53,629 nucleotides of DNA from an uncultured Synechococcaceae cyanobacterium (GCA_902573335.1 CACGJI010000001.1:1-53629), one strand, 5' to 3'; shown: positions 10,287 through 21,669, counted from the stretch's first letter. The notes: generated from the sequence alone by a model not told the origin. Numbers and translations: made by a program.

Positions 10287-11485
10287 AAAATAAAATTCAT
10301 ACTATTGAAGTTGAAAATAACGAAACTCAATCTATAGAAAAAATTATTGAAAAAATTAGAGAGAATAAAATTATTTATGTAAAAAACAAATTTTATGAAG
10401 ACAAAGATGTATTAGATTCTATTACTGAAAATGGGCCAGCAATTATCTTAAACAGTAGTGGGAGTTCTGGAAAACCGAGACAATGTTTTCACCATTTAAA
10501 TAATCTTAAATTATCTGCAACTACATCAGGTCAATGGCTAATAGAGCAAGGATTTGAATTACAAAACTGCTTAATTTTAAATACTTTACCCCTGAACCAT
10601 ATAAGTGGATTAATGCCAATTTTTAGAAGTCAAACTTGGGGATGTGATTGTATTAATATTTCTCCGAATTTGATAAAAAAAACTCGAGAACTTTTACTTT
10701 TCACAATTAAATTTAAAAAAAACAAAAAACACTTGATTACGTCATTAGTACCTACCCAATTACAAAGACTTTTAGCTCAAAAAGATGGAATTAGTTGGCT
10801 AAAAATTTTTGATCTAATTTGGGTAGGTGGAGCTTCAATTTCAGACGAAACTGCAGAACAATGTATAAAAGAAAAAATAAAATTAGCACCTTGTTACGGC
10901 TCAACTGAAACAGCGGCAATGGTTACGAGTTTAAAACCAAAAGAATTCTTAATGGGTTTTAAAAATGTTGGAGAAATACTACCTGATACAAAAATAAGAA
11001 TTAACGCACAAGGATTAATCGAAATAAAATCAGCCAGAATTGGAATCGAAATAATAGATTCTTTAAAAACTGAAAATTTCAAAAATAAAAATGGGTGGTG
11101 GCAAACAAGTGATTTAGGTGAAATTAAGCAAATCAATAATTCTTACTATTTAAAATTTGTTGGAAGAAGTGATAATGCCTTTAATTCAGGAGGAGAAGTT
11201 GTTTTCCCTGAAGTAATTGAATCTAGATTAAATGATTTCATTATGAAAGAAAATATCCCAATTAATAAATTCAATATTTCGAAAGTATCTAATAAATTAT
11301 GGGGAAATAAAATTAAAGTAATAGTTGAATTTAGAGAACTTACAAATGATAAAAATATTGAAATTTCTTTAAATTTATTAAAAAATTTTTCTCAAAGTTG
11401 GCCTAAACATGAAAAGCCTGAAAAGTGGATTGTTAAAAACAAGAATAGTATTACAGAAAAAATAAACTATAAATTTAAAAAATAA
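10283..11485 (+). CDS. menE: o-succinylbenzoate--CoA ligase (AMP-binding)
   Basis: SSGSSGKPR loop, LPLNHISG, SLVPTQL, YGSTET and GRSD...SGGE.V.PE. Start taken at the ATGA overlap with the menC stop (ORF track start 10271). Confidence 0.88.
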   Translation: MKNKIHTIEVENNETQSIEKIIEKIRENKIIYVKNKFYEDKDVLDSITENGPAIILNSSGSSGKPRQCFHHLNNLKLSATTSGQWLIEQGFELQNCLILNTLPLNHISGLMPIFRSQTWGCDCINISPNLIKKTRELLLFTIKFKKNKKHLITSLVPTQLQRLLAQKDGISWLKIFDLIWVGGASISDETAEQCIKEKIKLAPCYGSTETAAMVTSLKPKEFLMGFKNVGEILPDTKIRINAQGLIEIKSARIGIEIIDSLKTENFKNKNGWWQTSDLGEIKQINNSYYLKFVGRSDNAFNSGGEVVFPEVIESRLNDFIMKENIPINKFNISKVSNKLWGNKIKVIVEFRELTNDKNIEISLNLLKNFSQSWPKHEKPEKWIVKNKNSITEKINYKFKK

Positions 11486-11488
11486 TAA

Positions 11489-11941
<453 letters not shown>

Positions 11942-11950
11942 TTAAAGAAA

Positions 11951-13138
11951 TTATCTATCAACAGATCCCATAATGACATCTATTGAACCAAGGATTGCCA
12001 TAATATCAGCGATTTTGGCGCCTTTAAGAATATGAGGCAATATTTGCAGATTATTTAAATCAGCTGCTCTGATTTTAAATCTCCATGGGGTAACTTCATT
12101 ATTTCCTTGAATAAATACACCTATTTCTCCTTTGCCGGACTCTAATCTTGTATATAATTCTCCGTTAGGAATTTTAAAAGTTGGAGCAACCTTCTTAGCT
12201 ACATATTGATAGTCGATACCAAATATTTCACTTTTCTTATCTTCAGTCGCCATTCTTTGAGCTTCTAAATTTTCTGTTGGACCTCCTGGAATCATTTTGC
12301 AGGCTTGGCGAATGATGCTTAGTGATTGTCTCATCTCTTCAACTCTTACTCGATATCTCGCATAACAATCTCCTTCTTTTTCCGAAGCAATCTGCCAATC
12401 AAAATCGTCATAACATTCATAACTATCGACTTTCCTTAAATCCCAGGAAACTCCAGAAGCTCTAAGCATTGGCCCAGACAAAGACCAATTAATTGCCTGG
12501 TCTCTTTGTATTGTTCCTAGACCTTCAATTCTTTTTCTAAAAATTGGATTATTTGTAATTAATTTTTCGTATTCATCTATCTTAGGACCAAACCAATCGC
12601 AAAAGTCTATACATTTTTCTAACCATCCGTATGGGAGATCACATGCGACACCTCCTATCCTAAAGAAATTATTATTTATTAGCCTTTGTCCAGTAGCAGC
12701 TTCCCAGAGATCATAGATCATCTCTCTTTCTCTAAAAATATAGAAAAATGGAGTTTGAGCTCCTACGTCTGCTAAAAAGGGACCAAGCCATAAAAGATGA
12801 TTAGCAATACGATTAAGTTCGAGCATAAGAACTCTGATGTAACTAGCTCGTTTAGGAACTGGAATATTAGCTAATCTTTCAGGAGCATTTACTACAATAG
12901 CTTCATAAAACATTCCTGCTGCATAATCCATTCTGCTTACATAAGGGACATACATTACATTTGTCCTATTTTCAGCTATCTTTTCCATTCCTCTATGTAA
13001 ATATCCAATTACCGGCTCACAATCAATGACATTCTCACCATCAAGAGTTACAACTAACCTTAAAACCCCATGCATTGAAGGATGGTGAGGGCCAAAATTG
13101 ACCACCATTGGTTCTGTTCTAGTCTCTAGTTGAGCCAT
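11951..13138 (-). CDS. ndhH: NAD(P)H-quinone oxidoreductase subunit H
   Basis: [24 protein letters not shown] and C-terminal IMGSVDR. Confidence 0.98.
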
Positions 13139-13176
13139 TCGAAATTTAACTTCTAAATAAATCTTAGTCGAAAGTT

Positions 13177-14079
13177 ATGCAAACTGACCTATCTGATTCA
13201 TCTTTTTTCAATCATCAATCAGTTATGACAGATGAGATTATGTCCTCATTAGAGCATTACCCATTTATAAATAACAACCACCTTAAGGGAATAGACGCAA
13301 CTTTAGGCGGAGGCGGGCACTCTTATTATTTATTGAGAAAATATTCGGATTTAAATATAATTGGACTTGATCAAGATCCATTCGCGAGACAATCAGCAGC
13401 AAAAAAACTTGATGAGTTTAAAAATAGGATTGATATAAGGGCTTCAAATTTTGCTGATTTTGTACCAAAAGAAAAAGTTTCTTTTGTGATTGCAGATCTT
13501 GGAGTAAATAGTAACCAAATTGATAACCCTAAAAGAGGATTTAGTTTCCAGAAAGATGGTCCACTTGATATGCGCATGAACCCTTTGCTTGATGTTGATG
13601 CAGAGAAATTAATTGAGGCTTTAAATGAAAAAGATCTAGCTAACCTAATCTATAAATATGGGGATGAGAGATTATCAAGAAAGATTGCCAGAAAAATAAA
13701 ATTGGATTTGAAGGAAAATGGGAAATATTCTGGGACAAAAGAGTTAGCCTATTCTATTGCAGGCTGCTTCCCACCAAAACAAAGATATAAAAAAATACAT
13801 CCAGCAACAAGAACATTTCAAGCATTAAGAATTGCTGTTAATAAAGAAATTGAAGTATTAGAAAAATTTTTGCAAGTTGTACCTGAATGGCTTTTGCCAG
13901 GGGGTATTATTTCTATTATTAGTTTTCATTCTCTTGAGGATAGGCTAGTTAAAAGTTTTTTTAAGAATGATCAAAGACTAAAAAACCTAACAAAAAAGCC
14001 AATAACTCCTTCAGAACAAGAAGTCGAACTAAATAAAAGAGCCAGGAGTGGAAAATTAAGAATTGCTCAATTAAATTAA
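13177..14079 (+). CDS. rsmH: 16S rRNA m4C1402 methyltransferase
   Basis: DATLGGGGHS, DLGVNS, GPLDMRM, HPATRTFQALRIAVN and ISFHSLEDR. Confidence 0.97.
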   Translation: MQTDLSDSSFFNHQSVMTDEIMSSLEHYPFINNNHLKGIDATLGGGGHSYYLLRKYSDLNIIGLDQDPFARQSAAKKLDEFKNRIDIRASNFADFVPKEKVSFVIADLGVNSNQIDNPKRGFSFQKDGPLDMRMNPLLDVDAEKLIEALNEKDLANLIYKYGDERLSRKIARKIKLDLKENGKYSGTKELAYSIAGCFPPKQRYKKIHPATRTFQALRIAVNKEIEVLEKFLQVVPEWLLPGGIISIISFHSLEDRLVKSFFKNDQRLKNLTKKPITPSEQEVELNKRARSGKLRIAQLN

Positions 14080-14092
14080 AAGCCAAAAATTT

Positions 14093-15238
14093 CTATCGTA
14101 ATGATCTGATCGTATTTGTAAGAATATGAATTGCTTGTTTTATATCTTTTGAATTAGTGCTTAATCCAATACTTAACCTTATTGAAGATTCTGCTTCTTT
14201 AACAGATCTACCTAAGGCTAGTAAAACATGAGATGGTTCACCATTACTACATGCAGATCCAGTAGAACAAATTATTTTAGATTTTAAAAGTTTATGAAAT
14301 TTTGCTCCGTTTAAATCCAATACAGTCAAATTTAAATTGTGAGGTAATCTTTTTTCTATGGAGCCATTAATTAATAAACCAGAATTATTTTTTAACAAAC
14401 CCTCTAAAAGGTTATTTCTATAAAAAAGTAATTTCTCAGCATTATTTTTTTGATTAACAACTGCTATCTCTATTGCTTTAGCAAAGCCAACTACTAAGGG
14501 AAGAGGTAATGTGCCTGACCTAAGACCATATTCCTGACCTCCTCCAATAATTAAAGGCTCAAGATTAATTTCTTCATCAATCAAAAGAAGTCCTATCCCT
14601 TTAGGACCATATATTTTGTGAGAACTGATCGTTATCATGTTTACATCTGATAAAAGATTATCTAACGCGATATAACCTAAACATTGTGCAAAATCAGAGT
14701 GAAAGGTAATTCCTCTCGATTTACATATCTTTGAAATATGGTGAATAGGCTGAATAACTCCTATTTCGTTATTTGCCAACATGACACTAACCAGAAATGT
14801 ATCTTCTCTTATATTTTTTTTGAATTGTTCTTCTGAAATTAAGCCATCTTTCTCGGGATTAATTTCTGTAACCATAAATCCCTCTTTTTTTAGTTGGTTT
14901 AGGGGCTCCAAAACAGCTTTATGCTCCGTTTTTAAGGTAATAATATGACCATACTTTCCTGTTTTTTTATAGTAATTTCTAGCAAAACCTAGTAAGGCTA
15001 AGTTATTAGATTCAGTTGCCCCACTTGTAAAAATGACTTTTTTATTATTAAGAAATAAATTTTGTTCTATTTTTTCTCTTGAGGCTTCCAATATGGCGCT
15101 TGCGTTAATCCCCGCCAAATTAGATTTGCTTGCAGGGTTAGAAAATATCTCACTCCAAAAAGGTTTCATAGAATCAACAACATCTTTAGAGCAAGGAGTC
15201 GAAGATTGATAGTCTAGTAGTATTGGAGTTGATAGCAT
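14093..15238 (-). CDS. iscS: Cysteine desulfurase (IscS/NifS group I)
   Basis: LDYQSSTP, FTSGATESNN, SSHKIYGPKG, RSGT and the catalytic STGSACS. Confidence 0.9.
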   Translation of the reverse strand: MLSTPILLDYQSSTPCSKDVVDSMKPFWSEIFSNPASKSNLAGINASAILEASREKIEQNLFLNNKKVIFTSGATESNNLALLGFARNYYKKTGKYGHIITLKTEHKAVLEPLNQLKKEGFMVTEINPEKDGLISEEQFKKNIREDTFLVSVMLANNEIGVIQPIHHISKICKSRGITFHSDFAQCLGYIALDNLLSDVNMITISSHKIYGPKGIGLLLIDEEINLEPLIIGGGQEYGLRSGTLPLPLVVGFAKAIEIAVVNQKNNAEKLLFYRNNLLEGLLKNNSGLLINGSIEKRLPHNLNLTVLDLNGAKFHKLLKSKIICSTGSACSNGEPSHVLLALGRSVKEAESSIRLSIGLSTNSKDIKQAIHILTNTIRSLR

Positions 15239-15297
15239 AATGTTTAGTATATAAAATTCTTTTTATTACTAGAAAATCAAATTAAAGAATTCAAAAA

Positions 15298-16026
15298 ATG
15301 AATGAAATTAATCAAATAAATAATGAACCAGTAAGAAAATCAAGAATTTTATTAGTTGATGATGAGCCTGGTTTAAGAACAGCTGTTAAAACATTTCTAG
15401 AAGATGAAGGCTTTGAAATATTTGTTGCAGTTGATGGAGAGGATGGTTGGGAAAAAGCTCAAACAGTTTTTCCCGATTTGATAATTAGCGATATTATGAT
15501 GCCCCGAGCTAACGGTTATGCTTTATTAGAAAAAATTAGAGAGGATGAAAAATTAGGAGGAACTCCAGTTATTTTCCTAACTGCAAAAGGAATGACCCTA
15601 GACAGAACCGAAGGTTATCTTGCAGGAGTTGATGATTATATTTCCAAACCTTTCGATCCCGATGAATTAGCGGCAAGAGTTAAAAATGTAATCAACAGAC
15701 AAGAACGTTTACTAAAAGAAGCGGCACGATTCGCAGATATTGATGTAAGCAAAATGGCAAAACAAATTACTGAAATAAAATCTATGCTCACAGACCAAAA
15801 CCAGATGAATCCAGAAAATAAAATAAATCTTCCTAGTTTTACTCCAAGAGAAGCAAGTGTGCTTCAACTAGTAGCAGAGGGACTGATGAACAAGGAAATT
15901 GCAAGACAGCTTGAAACATCTATTAGAAATGTTGAGAAATATGTAAGTAGACTTTTTATCAAGACAGGTACATCTAGCCGAACCGAATTAGTTCGTTATG
16001 CACTTGAAAATCATTTAGTAAAATAA
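15298..16026 (+). CDS. ycf29: NarL/LuxR-family response regulator (Ycf29/Rre1 type)
   Basis: Receiver domain (LLVDDE, DIMMP, KPF) plus LuxR HTH FTPREASVLQLVAEGLMNKEIAR...RNVEKYVSRL. Confidence 0.85.
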   Translation: MNEINQINNEPVRKSRILLVDDEPGLRTAVKTFLEDEGFEIFVAVDGEDGWEKAQTVFPDLIISDIMMPRANGYALLEKIREDEKLGGTPVIFLTAKGMTLDRTEGYLAGVDDYISKPFDPDELAARVKNVINRQERLLKEAARFADIDVSKMAKQITEIKSMLTDQNQMNPENKINLPSFTPREASVLQLVAEGLMNKEIARQLETSIRNVEKYVSRLFIKTGTSSRTELVRYALENHLVK

Positions 16027-16027
16027 A

Positions 16028-16729
16028 TCATTTAATTTTTTCGAATTCGATTAATTTTGAAAAATAAAAAGGAGCTTGATTTAATTTCTTTTTAACAACT
16101 TTAAATCCTCTTTCTTTAGCAGCGTTAATAATACCATTTTCTTTCAATGTATATGCTCTTGTAGTTTTACTTGGCCCAGGAAATAATTTCCCAATATTTT
16201 TAAGAACAGCAAGAACTGGCGTATAAGGGGCAAAGCTAACGATTAGTTTTTCTTTGCTTAAATCACATAGATGTTGAACCATTTCTTCTGCGACCGGTTG
16301 AGGATAATGAATAAATACATCCAAACAAACTACAACATCAAATAATCCTTTTAATTTTTCCAGATCACAGACTTCATATTTGATTTTACCTTGATTCAAA
16401 CCTAATTCATTAATGCGTTTCTTTGTTTCTTTAATCATTTCAGAAGAAATATCGCTCACCTGTAGTTCTTTTATACCAATTCTTAGTAAAGGTATGGAAA
16501 GACTTCCTACACCACATCCTGCATCACAATAACTTTTTTTTGTTAGTTCAGGATAATTTTTGATGTATGAGACTACATCATCTACAGTTTTTTGATGTCC
16601 TTTCCTAATATTTTTCTGAACTGTATTAATTTCATCAGATTTGCTATAAATTTTATTCCATCTTTCAAAGCCAGTACCATTAAAATACTCCTTAACTTCA
16701 CTTTTTTCGATAATCTTATTTGACGTCAT
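16028..16729 (-). CDS. chlM: Mg-protoporphyrin IX methyltransferase
   Basis: YFNGTGFERW, DAGCGVGSL, CLDVFIHYP and FPGPSKTTRAY. Confidence 0.96.
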   Translation of the reverse strand: MTSNKIIEKSEVKEYFNGTGFERWNKIYSKSDEINTVQKNIRKGHQKTVDDVVSYIKNYPELTKKSYCDAGCGVGSLSIPLLRIGIKELQVSDISSEMIKETKKRINELGLNQGKIKYEVCDLEKLKGLFDVVVCLDVFIHYPQPVAEEMVQHLCDLSKEKLIVSFAPYTPVLAVLKNIGKLFPGPSKTTRAYTLKENGIINAAKERGFKVVKKKLNQAPFYFSKLIEFEKIK

Positions 16730-16768
16730 AATATTCTATAAAAATTTATTCTTTTTATACTAACTAAC

Positions 16769-16792
16769 TGGCGCTAAATTAATTGCACGCCA
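16769..16792. promoter_or_regulatory. Dyad element TGGCG-cta-AATTAATT-gca-CGCCA in the chlM/purE divergent region
   Basis: Co-centred inverted repeats read directly from the sequence; function unknown. Confidence 0.3.
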
Positions 16793-16818
16793 TTATAGGA
16801 AAGAATTGATTTGTTATT

Positions 16819-17355
16819 TTGTCAGAATTGAATTCTAAAGAAATTTATAAAATTGCTGTCTTAATGGGTAGTGATTCAGATCTAAAAACATTGAAACCAG
16901 CCATTGATATTTTAAGAGAATTTGGAATAAAAACTGAAGTTTGTATACTTTCTGCTCATCGAACTCCTTTAGAAATGATGGAATATGCAAAAAATGCAGA
17001 ATCAGAAAACATAAAAGTAATAATTGCTGGTGCTGGAGGTGCTGCTCATCTTCCAGGAATGCTGGCATCAATAACTTGCATTCCTGTAATTGGAGTACCA
17101 GTAGAGAGTAAGACACTTAAGGGGATTGACTCACTTTTATCAATCGTTCAAATGCCCGCTGGGATTCCAGTTGCAACAGTTGCGATTAATGGAGGTCAGA
17201 ATGCTGGATTGTTGGCAATAGAGATGATCAGTTTATTTGATAATTCCATAAAGAAAAATTTAAAAGAATTCAGAGAAAATCTTCATACACAAGTAAGAAC
17301 TAAAAATAGTAAGTTATCTACTATTGGACCTGACAATTATCTTCAAAATAAATGA
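16819..17355 (+). CDS. purE: N5-carboxyaminoimidazole ribonucleotide mutase
   Basis: MGSDSD, SAHRTP, AGAGGAAHLPGM and SIVQMPAGIPVATV. Confidence 0.97.
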   Translation: MSELNSKEIYKIAVLMGSDSDLKTLKPAIDILREFGIKTEVCILSAHRTPLEMMEYAKNAESENIKVIIAGAGGAAHLPGMLASITCIPVIGVPVESKTLKGIDSLLSIVQMPAGIPVATVAINGGQNAGLLAIEMISLFDNSIKKNLKEFRENLHTQVRTKNSKLSTIGPDNYLQNK

Positions 17356-17371
17356 ACTAATATTTTCCTAA

Positions 17372-17995
17372 TTATGCCTTGTTAAGAAAGTTTTCTTTTT
17401 TAAGGTAGCTAATAACTTTTTCAACGGAATCATTTAAATCTAACGAACCTGTATCGACAACAATTTCGGGATTATGAGGAGCTTCATATGGACTAGAAAT
17501 CCCTGTAAATTCCTTAATTTCACCCAAACGAGCTTTCTTATAAAGACCTTTAGTATCCCTATTTTCGCAAACTGTGATATCAGCAGCACAATAAACTTCA
17601 ATAAAATCCTTAGATCCAATAATTTTTCTCACCTTATCTCTATCGCTAACAAATGGTGAAACGAATGCTGTAATAGTTATTATCCCAGCATTCATAAATA
17701 AATTCGCAACTTCTCCAATTCTTCGTATATTTTCTTCTCTATCATCATCCGAAAAACCAAGATCTTTGCATAAACCGTGTCTAATATTATCTCCATCCAA
17801 AACATAAGTCGAAAAACCATCTAAGTGTAAAACCTCATTTAAAGCGTTTGCTAAAGTACTTTTGCCAGAGCCAGATAAACCTGTAAACCAGATAACAATT
17901 CCTTTATGACCTCGCATTTTCTCTAACTTTTCTCTATCAATAGTTAAATTGTGCCACTTTATATTGGTTGACTTTGTTTGATCTTGTTCTTTCAT
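17372..17995 (-). CDS. cysC: Adenylyl-sulfate kinase
   Basis: WFTGLSGSGKST, LDGDNIRHGL and FTGISSPYE. Confidence 0.97.
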   Translation of the reverse strand: MKEQDQTKSTNIKWHNLTIDREKLEKMRGHKGIVIWFTGLSGSGKSTLANALNEVLHLDGFSTYVLDGDNIRHGLCKDLGFSDDDREENIRRIGEVANLFMNAGIITITAFVSPFVSDRDKVRKIIGSKDFIEVYCAADITVCENRDTKGLYKKARLGEIKEFTGISSPYEAPHNPEIVVDTGSLDLNDSVEKVISYLKKENFLNKA

Positions 17996-18037
17996 TGTTT
18001 GGATTATAAAAATTAAAAACCTATCTTAACCCTTGCT

Positions 18038-18349
18038 TCATAAATTATGAAATCCCTCTTTACGAAGAAACTCAATTGATTTCGATACCATATCACCCTG
18101 TAGTTGGATATTACTATCAATTAATGTTCCTCCAGTTCCACAAAAAACTTTAATTTTTTTTAGTAATTCTTTTAATAATATTTCATCCTCAGTTCCTAAC
18201 CCTCTAATTAAAGTTATAGTCTTACCCTTTTTACCTTTTTTTTGTTTTAAAATATTCACTTTTGATCTTTTATTAAAAGTATCTACCTTAGCTTTATCTT
18301 CAGATTTTTTTTCTTGATTATCAAATTCGATCCAATTTTTTTTTCCCAT
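18038..18349 (-). CDS. SUI1/YciH translation initiation factor family protein
   Basis: KGKKGKTITLI, CGTGGT and IQLQGD. Confidence 0.88.
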   Translation of the reverse strand: MGKKNWIEFDNQEKKSEDKAKVDTFNKRSKVNILKQKKGKKGKTITLIRGLGTEDEILLKELLKKIKVFCGTGGTLIDSNIQLQGDMVSKSIEFLRKEGFHNL

Positions 18350-18397
18350 TATTTTAAATATAATCTATAGTTAGTTAATACTTATTCTATAGAAAAA

Positions 18398-19642
18398 GTG
18401 GTAAGTACATTTTCTCGCAAAGATCAAAACTATAAAAATGAAGATTTAAATCAACCCTCCAAAGAGGGAAGATTTGGAAAATATGGTGGTCAATATGTTC
18501 CTGAAACACTAATGCCTGCTCTATTTGAGCTTGAAACAGCTGCATCAAATGCATGGAAAGATACACTCTTTGTAAAAGAATTAAATCATCTTCTTAAGAC
18601 TTATGTAGGCAGAGAAACACCACTTTATGAAGCCAAAAGACTTACTGAACATTACAAAACTAAACAAGCAACTCCAACAATATGGCTTAAAAGAGAAGAT
18701 TTAAATCATACTGGTGCTCACAAAATTAATAATGCCCTTGGACAAGCTTTATTAGCTATAAGAATGGGCAAAAAAAGAATAATTGCAGAAACTGGGGCAG
18801 GTCAGCATGGAGTTGCTACGGCTACTGTTTGTGCGAGATTTGGCTTGAAATGTATTATTTATATGGGTGCTGAAGATATAAAAAGGCAATCCCTTAACGT
18901 CTTTAGAATGAAACTTCTAGGAGCTGAAGTTAAAGTTGTAAATTCAGGAACTGCAACACTTAAGGATGCTACTAGTGAAGCCATTAGAGATTGGGTTTCT
19001 AATGTCGAAACCACACACTACATTTTAGGATCTGTTGCTGGTCCACACCCTTTCCCAAAGATTGTGCGAGATTTTCATGCAGTTATAGGAGAAGAAACTA
19101 AAAAACAATGTCTGGAATGCTTTGGATCTTTACCAGATATTTTACTTGCTTGTGTAGGTGGGGGATCAAATGCAATGGGTCTTTTTCATCCTTTCGTTAA
19201 AGAAACTTCTGTACGACTTATTGGAGTTGAAGCAGCAGGAAACGGAGTTAATACTGACAAACATGCTGCAACTATCACTAAAGGGTCAGTTGGAATTTTG
19301 CATGGATCAATGAGTCTTCTATTACAAGATGATAATGGTCAAGTTCAAGAAGCTCACTCAATAAGTGCGGGTTTAGATTATCCTGGAGTAGGGCCTGAAC
19401 ATAGCCATTTAAAAGATATAGGTAGAGCAGAATATGGATCAGTCACAGATCAAGAAGCTTTAGATGCTTTGAAACTTGTTAGTGAACTTGAAGGAATTAT
19501 ACCTGCACTTGAAACTTCCCATGCCTTTGCTTGGTTGGATAAATTATGCCCTAATCTTGAAAAAGATACTCATATAGTTATCAATTGCTCTGGTAGAGGT
19601 GACAAAGATGTTAATACTGTTGCATCTTTATTAGATATTTAA
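18398..19642 (+). CDS. trpB: Tryptophan synthase beta subunit
   Basis: [45 protein letters not shown] and SGRGDKD. Confidence 0.98.
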   Translation: MVSTFSRKDQNYKNEDLNQPSKEGRFGKYGGQYVPETLMPALFELETAASNAWKDTLFVKELNHLLKTYVGRETPLYEAKRLTEHYKTKQATPTIWLKREDLNHTGAHKINNALGQALLAIRMGKKRIIAETGAGQHGVATATVCARFGLKCIIYMGAEDIKRQSLNVFRMKLLGAEVKVVNSGTATLKDATSEAIRDWVSNVETTHYILGSVAGPHPFPKIVRDFHAVIGEETKKQCLECFGSLPDILLACVGGGSNAMGLFHPFVKETSVRLIGVEAAGNGVNTDKHAATITKGSVGILHGSMSLLLQDDNGQVQEAHSISAGLDYPGVGPEHSHLKDIGRAEYGSVTDQEALDALKLVSELEGIIPALETSHAFAWLDKLCPNLEKDTHIVINCSGRGDKDVNTVASLLDI

Positions 19643-19993
19643 TCAATATCTTGGAATTGATGGGTCAATGTATCTACTCCATCCATCAATACCCTCCTCC
19701 AAATTCCATATTTCTCTCACAAGATTATTATCTAAACACCATTGTGAAAAGTTATAACTTCTTATTCCTGCATGACAGGTAACTACAATTTCTCTGTCTA
19801 ATAAACCAGCAAATATTTCTTCAACGTATTCAGATGTGACTTTACTAATTGGTATATGTAAAAATTCTTTTGAGAAACGAGCTAGTTCAATCTCTGACTG
19901 TTCTCTTACATCAATCAAGACTGGATTTTCTTTCTCAGAATTAAACCAATCATTGAGACTAGAAGCATTTATAGATTTTGGATAACTTCCCAA
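19643..19993 (-). CDS. Single-domain rhodanese-like protein
   Basis: LIDVRE, CHAGIRS active-site loop, NLEEGIDGW and DPSIPRY. Confidence 0.88.
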   Translation of the reverse strand: MGSYPKSINASSLNDWFNSEKENPVLIDVREQSEIELARFSKEFLHIPISKVTSEYVEEIFAGLLDREIVVTCHAGIRSYNFSQWCLDNNLVREIWNLEEGIDGWSRYIDPSIPRY

Positions 19994-20082
19994 TTTATAG
20001 GATAAATTATGTGTTATTTACAATTTAATAAATTAAGTTGCAGTAGGAAGTTTATTGTTAAAAATAAAAATAAACATTGATA

Positions 20083-21543
20083 ATGAAACTTAGGGTAGTA
20101 GCAATAATACTATTATTATCTTTATTACTATTTTTTGGTTTTAAAAAAGTTTCTGCTCATAAAAATAAGGAGCAAAGTACAAATATTGAGCAATTAAATA
20201 TCTTAAAATATATACCTGAAAACAATAAATTTTTATTTATTTCAAATTTAAATAGTTCTAATATTATTAATAATAATGAAAAGGATAAAAATCCAACAAA
20301 TCAAGATAACTTTGTTTTAATAAAAGATTCTATATTAGATTATTTAGGTATAGATCTAGGCAACAATAAATTAGAAGATATCTATAATAATGAACTTATA
20401 ATCTCAACTTTTGAAAATAATAAAAATCTTAAGGATGATATTTTGATTATTTTTAAAATTAAGCCAGAAAAAACAATAGAAGATTTATTAAATTTGCCTA
20501 ATAAAATTGATCAGATTGATGAGATAATATCAATAAATAGAGAAAACAAAATAAATTTCCTTAATTTTATATACCAAACCGAGGATAATTATATAATTGC
20601 CTCATCAGATAAAAAATTAATCAAAAATAGTATTAACTCCAGCAATGATTTTAAAGAAAAAAAATTTCAATATGAGGGAGAACTTTTTGGACTAAAAAAC
20701 GAAAAAAATATATTATTCACAAATAAATTTTGGGAAAGTATATTTTTTGATAAGGAAATTTTTACTGATAATAAAGGGGATACAATAGCTACAACATTTG
20801 AATTAAAAAATAAAAATTTAATTTTAAAATCATATTTACTAAACAATAAAAAAAATATTGATATTCTTACTTACGATAAGTTATTAAATAAAGAGAATAC
20901 TAATGAAGATAATCCTGAAATTTCAATTTTTAGTGATATAAAAAATTTTGACAAATATCTAAAACCTTTAATAAATGATTTTGAACTCAATTTTTTTGAA
21001 GAGTTTAATCAAAATGATAATCAAAACATTTTAATTCTCAATTCAAATAAAGATTGGCTTATTACATTTGAAAAAAATAATGAAGATCAATTTGATTTAG
21101 GCGCTTTGAAAAAGCTAAAAGATTTCAATAAATATACTTTGAAACAAAATGAAGATATTTATTCGATATATTCCAAAGATATTCTTGAAGAAAAAGACGA
21201 TGTTATAAAACAATTAACTTATGAAAATATCTATTCAATAAAATCAGGAGGTTTACAAATCATAAGTAATTATTTAATTGATGGTAAAAAACTAGAGAAA
21301 ATATCAAAAAAATTTTTTAACCTAAAAAGTAATAAAGATAAATCTGCTTTTCTTTATTCAAAAGTTGATATCAAAAATGTTAATTCTAATAAAGTTGAAT
21401 ATTTTTCTAATTTGCAGGACTTTAATTTTCTCATTAAAAATATTTTAAAAATATCAAATGAAGAATCGCTAGAAATCATAAGACAAAATATTCCTGAAAA
21501 AAATCCAATTCTTTATACAGAAATAATATTAAAAATTCTTTAA
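20083..21543 (+). CDS. Hypothetical exported/membrane-anchored N/K-rich protein (possibly a highly diverged DUF3352-type protein)
   Basis: Long uninterrupted ORF (~486 aa) in extremely AT-rich DNA; N-terminal MKLRVVAIILLLSLLLFFGFKK anchor. Family assignment is tentative. Confidence 0.7.
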   Translation: MKLRVVAIILLLSLLLFFGFKKVSAHKNKEQSTNIEQLNILKYIPENNKFLFISNLNSSNIINNNEKDKNPTNQDNFVLIKDSILDYLGIDLGNNKLEDIYNNELIISTFENNKNLKDDILIIFKIKPEKTIEDLLNLPNKIDQIDEIISINRENKINFLNFIYQTEDNYIIASSDKKLIKNSINSSNDFKEKKFQYEGELFGLKNEKNILFTNKFWESIFFDKEIFTDNKGDTIATTFELKNKNLILKSYLLNNKKNIDILTYDKLLNKENTNEDNPEISIFSDIKNFDKYLKPLINDFELNFFEEFNQNDNQNILILNSNKDWLITFEKNNEDQFDLGALKKLKDFNKYTLKQNEDIYSIYSKDILEEKDDVIKQLTYENIYSIKSGGLQIISNYLIDGKKLEKISKKFFNLKSNKDKSAFLYSKVDIKNVNSNKVEYFSNLQDFNFLIKNILKISNEESLEIIRQNIPEKNPILYTEIILKIL

Positions 21544-21669
21544 ATTAAATTTATTCAAACAAGCTTCAAACACAATCATTTTAATTTTTTGTGAAATTAA
21601 TATCTTGTGGTTAATTAAAAATTATTTGACTATCTTGAATCTATAAGTATTTAATATTGAATTAAGCAA

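Noticed and set aside
21626-21657. TTGACT -35-like hexamer upstream of gltA
   Set aside because: No good -10 hexamer at 16-18 bp spacing.
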